From Bugula neritina (lineage: Eukaryota; Animalia; Bryozoa), in assembly GCA_964035545.1 (NCBI GenBank), contig OZ037767.1:21902628-21966627 (forward strand): DNA of 64,000 nucleotides. Direction: 5' to 3'. The stretch's first letter is position 1; each line of letters opens with the position of its first letter. This document shows, piece after piece, positions 54,601-64,000 of this stretch. A model generated the notes under the pieces. That model searched no databases and was not told the DNA's origin. It saw only the letters and a program-made list of their open reading frames with translations. The translations under genes and the position numbers were made by a program.

Positions 54601-57600
54601 ATATTATTCATTTATAAAATGTGACAAGCTTAAATGTCTCAACTTTTCGTCAAAACTCAAATCAAAGAGCTAATATAGCTTTAAGGCATATATAAAGAAA
54701 AAACATTATGACCCAGTCTATTAATTTATCATAAATGTACACAACATATTACTATAACATTGGGAAGACAACTATTAGAATGCTGAATGCAAATAAACTA
54801 TATTATGCTGGTGCAGGTAATGTGTTAATTTTATAACCAAGTATATTTGAAAATAAAATTAAAGAATGTTATAAGTGATGTAATTTGTTAACAAGATTCT
54901 TGGAAGTTTAATTTGACATGGTTTTGATTTTAGCAGTTTTAGACAGTGCCAGTTTGTTCTGGGCTTTGTGACATCGGCAAGAGTAACCATCATGCAATGT
55001 TCTGAGCTGGCAATATAATAATAAATCTTGAAGCAATATATGAAAACCGTCAAACTCATTTGTCATGACAGAATTACAAGCCGATTAGTCATTATAAGTT
55101 CATACTACAGGTACCTTGCATCATATTATCATACAGGGGCCCGGTCAGTCAGTGCACAAAGTCATACACAAGTTTATTCTGCTGTACAAATATACCACCT
55201 ACCAAGATCATGAGTCATATACTCAGATCCATCACAATCCTCTCCATTGAGTTGCGGGGCGGGATTATCACATGTCCTTACACGTACAAATGTGTTTTGT
55301 CCAGAACAGAAGCTACCATGAAGGCTAACAGAACAATTAGTCCACTCCTGCCATGTAGACCATATGCCATCAACTAAAAAGTGAATGGTAAGACAATCAC
55401 TAATGTCTTGTTCTCATAAAACATCTATGGCAACAGTACACAGCAGACATAATTTAAAGATCAATGTTTTTGCAACATTTGTGATGATTTACTTTTTCCT
55501 ACATTTTACAGTGAGTATTACAGTACTTAATGAACGTGGGAGCAGCTATGGTCTAGGGGGTTAAAGGGTTTGCTTCGTAAACACGAAGTCATGGGTTCAA
55601 ACCCCAGTGAAGGCCATTGGTGATGTTAGGAAAAGCATCCAGTCATAATTGCTCCTCTGTCACATAAGAATAAGTCCGCAGAGTGCTTAAAAAATCCTTT
55701 TCATCAGAGGTTTCTCACAAGGGTGGTGATTGGTAACAGTTATTTAATTTTTTTAATAGGCTTTTATGCAAGCTGAACCCTGGCTGACCTTGAGTGAACT
55801 CGCATATAAATTCCAGTTGATCTGTAGCGTCTTTTTCGGCCCAAACACAATCTTCACTATCACATTCCATAGAACCGGCAGGGTGTGTAAGAATAGCAAG
55901 GCTGTTGAAACTAGTAAATACATTGACAAAACCTGATAATTCTCATTCATCAAACAGTAATACATAATACAAATATATTAATTTAGAGACTTTCCATAAA
56001 ACTTAAATTTGTACCCTAGATTTGACCCTCAGTTACAAAAGCTAATTTAATGATTATTTTACAAGCAGATAACTAATTAGGCTTCTAAGAATAGCATTGC
56101 TAAAACTGCTACATAGTAATATACATGAAATACACCTATACTTGCTATATAGCAATTTAGGTTTTATGATTTGATATACATTAAATCTAATAAAGTTCAT
56201 ATTTCATGTCGCACTAAAAAATATATCAGCATAGCTAATTGATTTTATTCTCGCACCATTAAACACTATGCCTTTTGATTTACATTTCTATATTTTACTC
56301 ACCCAGGTTTCCAGTTTTCAAAACTACTTGAAGTTAGCTGTCCACTTGTGTACCAAACCCAGTTGCTAAGGTTAATGTCAAATGCCACATCAATCCAGTA
56401 CACATTATTAGAAATCCCGTATATTCTAGAAAAAAATAGTAGCACTTGAGTGATGGAAAGGCTCATAAAAATTCTTAATGTGGTTTTAATGAAGACATAG
56501 TTAGGTTATCATAATCATACATTTTTTAAAACATGCTAAAAAAGATAATGACATAAAAAGTTACAAAATATAGAATTTATGAAGTAAAAACAAGATTGCG
56601 ACCAAATTTTTGATCACTTTCATTGTTTATGGTAATATGGTTATAAACATTAATTATAGAAATGTTCAAGTGGTAATTTTAAATATTTTGAATCATTTTA
56701 CTAAACTGATATTAAAACTTAGTAAGGATGAAGTAGGAGAGGTAGTTACACTTTATAAAATGATTTTATAGAGATATAAGCACAGGTATTCATACCACTG
56801 TTGGAATAAGAAGATTTAAAACTAATTTAAGGTAACTTCACCAACAGCAAACAGCCATATTTTGTAAATCATCAGGTTTAACCTTACAAACTTACTAGAA
56901 CTTGTCAAAACTAACTGCAAAAATTTCCACATTCAAATTAAAAAAACAAGAGCTTGCTTATAAAAACATTAAAAGCCAATTTAAATCTTTCCTAAACTAA
57001 ACAGACCTAGCTTGACACCGGAACACCCAGCAAGCACTCACCTGCTGTACAGTGTCAGCATTTGCTGTGAAAAGCAAACTCAGAATGAAAAATGCAGCAG
57101 AAACCAACGTATACCCATCACACATGCATGATTTTTTGCATCAGATTGATTAGTCACTAATATGTCTGCCAAAAGTATTGAACAGTGCGTTGCAGTTATC
57201 GTTGTTCAACATCAATATGTTTTATTTTGGTAATCTCTTGTGTATGATTTTTCTCCTTTATATTTGGCTACAAAGTCTAGCCTAGGTACTACTGACAACA
57301 CATGTATTAGTAGGCAGAGTTGATAGACGTTTCTTTGTAAAACCAATTAATAGCTTTACAACCAAACTCTCTCAAACTATAGTCGAACAGATTCACCAGT
57401 ATGTTACATAATGTGCTGCTACCTTTAGAGTCTCAACCAGGTAGAGGTGAATAACACGTACCTGTGATGCCCGAGTAAAGCTGAATGTTTCTCTTCACTG
57501 TTTACTACAAGCAAGTGAGCTGATTCGCCGTAGTCATTAGTGCACGCCCTCCTAGCTTTGTCATGCATCTTAGCAATGGAATTGTAGAATAAACAACCAT

Positions 57601-60600
57601 AAAATTCTCCGTCATCCGACAACCAGGGAGTAGTGTTGGCTAAACACTCTGCAACAAACACAGCCAACGCTGCTGCTTTTATTTAATGTGACATACATAC
57701 ACAAAAATTAACACTAGGCACTTTGTCAATACTTGAAATAATCTTTTATTATAAATAACCCAACAGAGTTCTGAACCTTTTTCCAACTTTGCTCATGCCT
57801 ACTTATTATAGCTAGTATTTACACTAAATTTCGCAACGTGTTGTCATGTCTGTGATATGCAACCAATTCAAATCAAATCACCAGAATTTACTTTGCACAT
57901 CATAATTACTGAAGAGTTAAAAGATAGTAAAATATTATGTTGACATTTTAGTCAAATATGCAACACTTTTTTGTTGCAGTATCTATGTAGCTTTTGCATA
58001 CAAGCTGTACTTACAGTACAGGCTTTGCTTCTGAGTACAGATACTTGACAAAAATATATGCTTGTGAAGCAAAAACGTCTAGAAGATACTTGTAAACCGA
58101 GCTATGTACGTAATAATAAAACATTACACCAGTGAATATTCATGCTAAACACAAACGGGTTCATTGTAAAAATACTATTTTTCTATAATAATATAAACAT
58201 TATAGCGTACACACCCGCTGTAGTGAGTTGAGTGTCATTGCCAGAACAAAATTCTCCTCCCAGATAATTCTTAGGACTATCACAGCTTCTGTTGCGGATG
58301 TACGTGTAGTTGGAGTTGTATGTACATTCTGTGATGCCAGGGTCACACTCCCGCAATGCTGACCATTCACTCCAGATACCATCAGCTATCATGTAAGTAC
58401 ATGGTTATACTATCATTTGAGCCAGTGATAGACAACTATACAACTATAGCAGACTTCAGAATATTATAACAAACCTCTCCTAGCTCAGCTGTGACTAACA
58501 GTACCCACAATTCATCATTACACTGTGTATTGCTTTACAGAATGACTGCCATCAGTTAAGTAAAGAAACTACATTCAGTTAAGTTCAAGTTTCAAAGAAA
58601 TTATCCGCTAAGGTATAGCATCTTTTATTCCAAACTAATATTAAGAAACTGCACAAGTTAGTATTTTTAGCTCTCAGTAATAAGGATTCAGGATTCAGCA
58701 TAGAATTCTCAGCAGTTGTCTTCCCACTCACACTTTATTGTCAACAATAACCATTCAAACTGCAAAGCACGTTTGCACAGTGAAGAAAAAAGCTTGCAGG
58801 TTGTAAAACTCGAATCCTTGCAGAATTATTGTGTTAGTGGTGGAGTCTAACCTCTACACAACTACAACAATGTTTTTTATGGAGGCTAGATAGCGGGATG
58901 ACCAAGAGCTCACCCGCAACACACAGCAGACCTCTCAGGCTATAACCAGACAACATGCAGCTTTTGCTCTAGCATTCCACTACCCACTAGAAATAGAAGA
59001 ACCTAGCCAAAGTATCTTACTGTTGTAAGTGCTCCAAGCTACCCCTCCCTGCAACATTACGTTTTTATTGCTTCACATTATGCAAATGGATGCTCCTACG
59101 AATGAATTTGCGGTTGCAGTTTTCATGAACTAAAAGTTGTGTTTTCATTCAATGCAACTCTTTCCAAACATGGAATGAAAAATCCATTTGCATAATGCGA
59201 AGCTTGAAAATGTAATGTGAAAAACGTCATTTTTTTCTTCTCAAGCTAATTAATATATCGTATGAGTACACTTACTTTTGCCAAACTGACAAGCAAAGCG
59301 TTGATTGGTGCAGCTACTGGAGAGACTCTTCAACACACAAGTTTCTTTAGTTCCTGAGCAGACAATGGCAGCCGTGTCGTGAGCTGCTTGGGGGTCGTCT
59401 CTAAAGGCACAGAAATTATACTTGTATAATTAATAATCATGCAGTAAAGTGCATCTGCGGATACGCATAACTCTTCATCTCATCTGTACAATACTTTAAA
59501 GCATTATTTGCCATTGTAGTTGATTACTGTTATACTAAATGAGTAGATAATAATTCAGTCATTCAAACTGCATTGAAAAGAGACTTTCTATTGTGATTTA
59601 ATCTACATAAAAGTAAAAACAAAGCATAAAATTACTAAATCCAAATCAGAGTTTCAAGAATAAAGTTTTGAAGAATACAAGTTAGCAAAACATTGTATCC
59701 AGTATACATGTCCTTACAAACACAAAGTATCATATGTTTGATGATGTAAAGGTCTGTACAGATTGTAGAGCTTAACATTTAATAAATAATAACAATCTCC
59801 CAAGTGGAACTACCTATTATCTTCATTAAGTAAACCTCATTCATATTTTCTCTCAATTAGGTTAGACCTAGTGATATGCAGTTCACTATCAATATACTAC
59901 TATTATACTATCAGTATAATATCAGTTTACTAACAGTATACTACCAGTTCACTAACAGTATACTACCAGTATACTACCCGATTACTATTGGTCTAATCTC
60001 TACTCGCTAATAGGAGGTAAGTGAAGCATACGACCTACCCAACCCATCTTCCATCTGTATACAGTGAGGTTCCATCCAACCATTTATATGCACCTCCTTG
60101 TTTCTGCAACCCTATGACTACCTCTACATTGCTTAACAGACCTTCCCTACATTTAATCACAATACATATATATGACAATATATTTATACAAGAATATATA
60201 TTTGTAATATTTGACAATCTATCTATGCATGACAATTTTGCAGACAGTAAATGTGACGATAGATGAATGAAGGAGAAATTACAAATATATGTGGGTTACT
60301 ATATCGCTTGATAGAGTAAGTAAAACAAGCTTACGCATTCAAAGCGCTGATTACATCTGTGAAATCATTGCTGTCCAACATTTGCACGAGTGTAGAGTTT
60401 TCACCATATAAGGCCGTGCAGGCAGCGGCCATATCAGTACAATCTGCAGCAGGCATGATGTCAACACAGTAGCTGGAGCTCCCACCACTGTTATACACAA
60501 GGTACGTGCCACTAGGACATTCTACAGGAGAACAGGGCATAAGTTGAAGCCTCTCTGTCATATCTCACAAACGTGCGCACACATGCATGCACGAACACAC

Positions 60601-63600
60601 ACACACACACGTACATACACTCAAACACACACGCACAGCGTAAAGCAAATATTGACAAACCCTGTCAATATAATTTGCGTGTGATACCGCCCAATTTTAG
60701 TATATAATGCTGAAGTATTAGTAATATTGTTTTCCAGCAATGTACTAGTTACTATAGATAGTAGCACACCAGTTACTATAAATAGTTTAAGTGAAATTAT
60801 ATAACAAAGTCAACACATACTATCACCCTACAGTTAATATTCATATCACAATATTGGCATATGTGATAAAAACATACTATAAATAGCCTCTTCTGACTCA
60901 GTAGGGGCAGGGCAATCAGTACCATCTAAATCAACTGAGGGAGTGTCACACGTCCTTGACCTCGTTACTAAGGAGCCTGGGCTACAGCCGGACACACAGT
61001 CTGTCCAGGAGCCCCACTCCCCGTAAGCTCCATCAACTGAAAGAAAAAAGAACTAGAATTAGTGTGAGTAAGCAGGAGAGTCACACATAATGTGTTAGTG
61101 GACAACTCCAAAACCATATGCATTCTTTAGAAAGTTGATAAGAAAATATCTCACAATAACATAAAATAGGATAATTATTGTAGTTACAAGTTGATAACCA
61201 GAAAATATAAATGAGAAAACGATTCCCAACAAATGTGAAGATAAATTTGCAATTACAATACGTTTATAGAACAGGAATACAACATATTACATAATACTAT
61301 CAAATAAGTTATACTAAATACTGCTTTTTGCTCTATGAGTAAACAAGCAGCTAAAAGCGACCATTTTGCAAAAAAAAACATAAATTACAATAGCTCGAAA
61401 ACAATTCCAAGTTGAAAACATCTAAGGTTTTCCGGAATTAGAAATATATAATTCAGAGTTGCTAAATAAAGCAAGTGGGAGTTGTTTTTCTTTGACTTTA
61501 GTAGAAGCAGCCATAGTCTAGGGGTTAGAGCATTGGCTTAGTAAACACAGGGTCAGTACTTCGAGTCTCAGTAAAGAGATATTAGTGATGTTAGGAAGAG
61601 CACCCAGTCATGATTGTCCCTTTGTCACAATAGAAAAAATCTTTAGCTTGCTTAAAAACCCCTTTCCATTTAGGGATTCTCACAGGGATAATGACTATAA
61701 ACCCATGTGACTATTTATTCTTTGACTTTGGTATTGAAAACCATACCTTGAGTGAAGGTGCAAATAGGGTGTGCTTCCACGAGAACGTTCGAGCCATCTT
61801 TAAAACTATAAGAGTCGAGGGCACAGTTTCCATTGGCAGCACATGTAATTCCTCCATAGGGGTGGGTGGTAGCATCATTCCTAAAGCAGATATTTCAAGT
61901 AGCTAAACCTTAGGCTTAACTATTTATTCCCCAAAACATACATCTGTAAATCTGTAGTAAACATAATATTTCTAATTTGAATATAAGAAGCACAGTTCTG
62001 TAACCAGACACCTCCTAACTACAAATGATTAAAAGAAGACGTAATTTACTGTAAAACTGAAATATTCTGGTAATAGTGCTTTTTTTATTTAACGCATTAA
62101 ACACAAAAACCCGGTTCAGTTTATTTCCGCGAGGATGCTTCATAGCCTTTATACAAATGTGCCAATGCAGTATAAAATAAGCACCATTAAAATATATGAC
62201 CCTGCGTATTTGTATCCAGTATCTTAAAGGCTAATGAATAAAATATTGATAATACTTTTATATGATCAAAGACTAAACATGCATATTGTACACTTTGGCT
62301 TACGTTTGCCATGTTAGAGGGTCATTGTTACTCCATTTGAAATCTACTCCGTTTGCAAAGCTATTCATTCCTATCCAGTAATTAGTAGATCTACAATACA
62401 TTTATATAGTGTAATATAATACTAGAACATAATACACTACATTATAATAAAACATAGCACAGTATAATATGAAGTTATGTAATGTAATACGCTGTAATAT
62501 AATATAATATTGGCATATTATATACCTAGTAATATAATATGAAGCTATATAATGTAGGGTATTGTATTGTGGCAAGTGCCAGCAAGTTGTATGTATTGTG
62601 GCAAGTGCCAGCAAGTTGTATGTATTGTGGCAAGTGCCAGCAAGTTGTATGTGTGGTGGCAGGTATAGCTTGTATACAATGAATTGTAAGAACTACTACG
62701 ACTCACGAGTTGAGGTGCTTCACCAGGTAATTCCACAATGACTTCTCATTTTCAGGAAGATGGATGAGCTGTGAACTAGGTCCGTAGAGGTCAGTGCAAG
62801 CTGCTGTCAGTCTTTCGGTGTCCATGTCTACGTGTATCGCAGGTGTGTTGACTGCTATGCACCTGGCAATGTTTTGGTAAATGTCCAGCTCTGCACCCAG
62901 CCTTGTGCATTCTGGAATATACAGAAGTATACAATTTTCAATTGTTGTAAAAACCATTTTGATTTAAAGTGCAGAATACTTCAAACACAAATATTGGAAG
63001 TTATCAAATGACAGCTATATTATTACCTTCCTTAGTTGAAAAATAATTTTTAGATAACAGTCAAAATTTCTAATTAGATAATCAAGTACCGATTGATTAG
63101 AAACCTCTCACTATAAAAGATGGGTCATTTCAATTAATTTAGTTCAAACTCGAAATTTCCAGTTTTTAGATATTTTTCACAATTTAGCTGCTAATTTATA
63201 CAAATTTTTTCCCAAAACTAAAAAAAATATCAAGAAGTACAAGGTTTTTTTAATTTCGCTTAATTTGTTTGTTTGTTTATTTCATCAATATATACATAAA
63301 GTAAAAAAAATACAAGGGATCACCCAAAGGAGGTAATGATGAGGCCCAATGGTGCGCCATAGCATGATTTTTCTAATTATTTAGCTATTTTGGATTTTCG
63401 GACCATCACGGTTTATTTGTGACGGTCCGCAATTCTAAATTAACTAAATTATTAGGAAAAAAACATAGAAAATCAATTAAAATTAAAAGGAACCTTGGTT
63501 ATATAGTTGTATTTTTTAATTTTGATTAGTTTAGAGCAAAAACCCAAATAAATTAACAGCTTAATCGTAGAGATTAGCTAAAAACTGAAATTTCAAGTGT

Positions 63601-63950
63601 GAAATAGATTAAGTGAAATGACCCGGATGTGTGTAGTTGTAGTGAGATGATTTAGTAAACCACAACATAAATGAGGGACGTAATTCCCCCCAGCTAACTG
63701 AATGAGAAAGACGTATAGAGGCCACATAACTCCATCAGTCAGTGTATGAAATAAACTAACAGACGACTGAAGTGGTCTAGTTGCCACTTACCAAGATCAG
63801 ACTCTTGAGTGCCATTTCCTGGACAGTTCAGCCCATCACCAAAAGGCTCGGGATTGGTACAAGTTCTGGTTCGTCTATATAGCATACTTGTATCTGAGCA
63901 GGCGGAGTTACAACTAGCCCAGTCACTCCATAAGCTCCACCCACCATCAA
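51639..63950 (-). CDS. 3' part of a multi-exon protein with alternating thrombospondin type-1 and C-type lectin domains (continues beyond the window)
   Basis: TSP1 exons 63950-63792, 61036-60878, ~58386-58215, ~55354-55203, ~52554-52372 (GxWSxWxxWxxC...RxRxCxxP); CTL exons 62911-62707/62390-62304/~61880-61748, 60521-60335/60146-60039/59400-59276, ~57648-57462/~56426-56303/~55910-55789, ~54147-53961/~53085-52867 (WIG/YIGL, W..GQP, FICEF); last exon ~51827-51639; GT-AG boundaries. Confidence 0.88.
53098..53490. mobile_element. MITE copy (same family as 47922-48306)
   Basis: Shared tttagtacacatcagcaagttagg...gctgattctaact...cattgtcatatgagctaaat. Confidence 0.65.
55538..55735 (+). mobile_element. 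tRNA-derived SINE family, copy 2
   Basis: Homologous to 37244-37445. Confidence 0.85.
61504..61702 (+). mobile_element. tRNA-derived SINE family, copy 3 (more diverged)
   Basis: Homologous to 37244-37445. Confidence 0.78.
62563..62660. repeat. 29-bp minisatellite, ~3 copies
   Basis: TGTATTGTGGCAAGTGCCAGCAAGTTGTA repeated head to tail. Confidence 0.9.
63122..63624. mobile_element. GGGTCA-ended MITE copy
   Basis: GGGTCATTTTCAATTAAT ... ATTAAGTGAAATGACCC with long imperfect inverted arms. Confidence 0.65.
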
Positions 63951-64000
63951 CTATATAAACAACATGGTAGTTGCTTCATACTGAATATGTTAAAATTGAG

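Noticed and set aside
62563-62660. CRISPR-like 29-bp repeats
   Set aside because: No spacers, intronic, eukaryotic context; an ordinary minisatellite

Overview
AT-rich, intron-containing animal (invertebrate-like) genomic DNA; most entries in the ORF track are microsatellite or antisense artefacts, and the real genes had to be spliced by hand. Host genes: (1) a 7-exon GT32-type (A4GALT/A4GNT-like, DxD) glycosyltransferase on the minus strand (11236-18532) with one in-frame TAA, plus scrambled, partly inverted paralog fragments at 30-38 kb; (2) a 5-exon PRXL2B/FAM213B (SelU2; prostamide/PGF synthase-like) gene on the plus strand (46947-50545) whose active-site CxxC is encoded as TGA-x-x-TGT and whose 3' UTR holds a canonical form-2 SECIS, so it is very probably a selenoprotein that the ORF track misses (the top finding); (3) the 3' part of a minus-strand gene of alternating TSP1 and C-type lectin domains (51639 to beyond 64000). 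Mobile DNA: three related decayed Gypsy/Ty3 LTR elements, all with a tRNA-Leu PBS and ATAT target sites. Two share a TTTAAAC + stem-loop -1 frameshift signal, one carries an extra C2H2 zinc-finger/coiled-coil ORF, one is nested in a hAT-type element with an 8-bp TSD, and one is interrupted beside its YLDD motif by a CAC-ended MITE. Also present: an RTE-like LINE relic, tRNA-derived SINEs, MITEs, palindromes and many (TA)n tracts.
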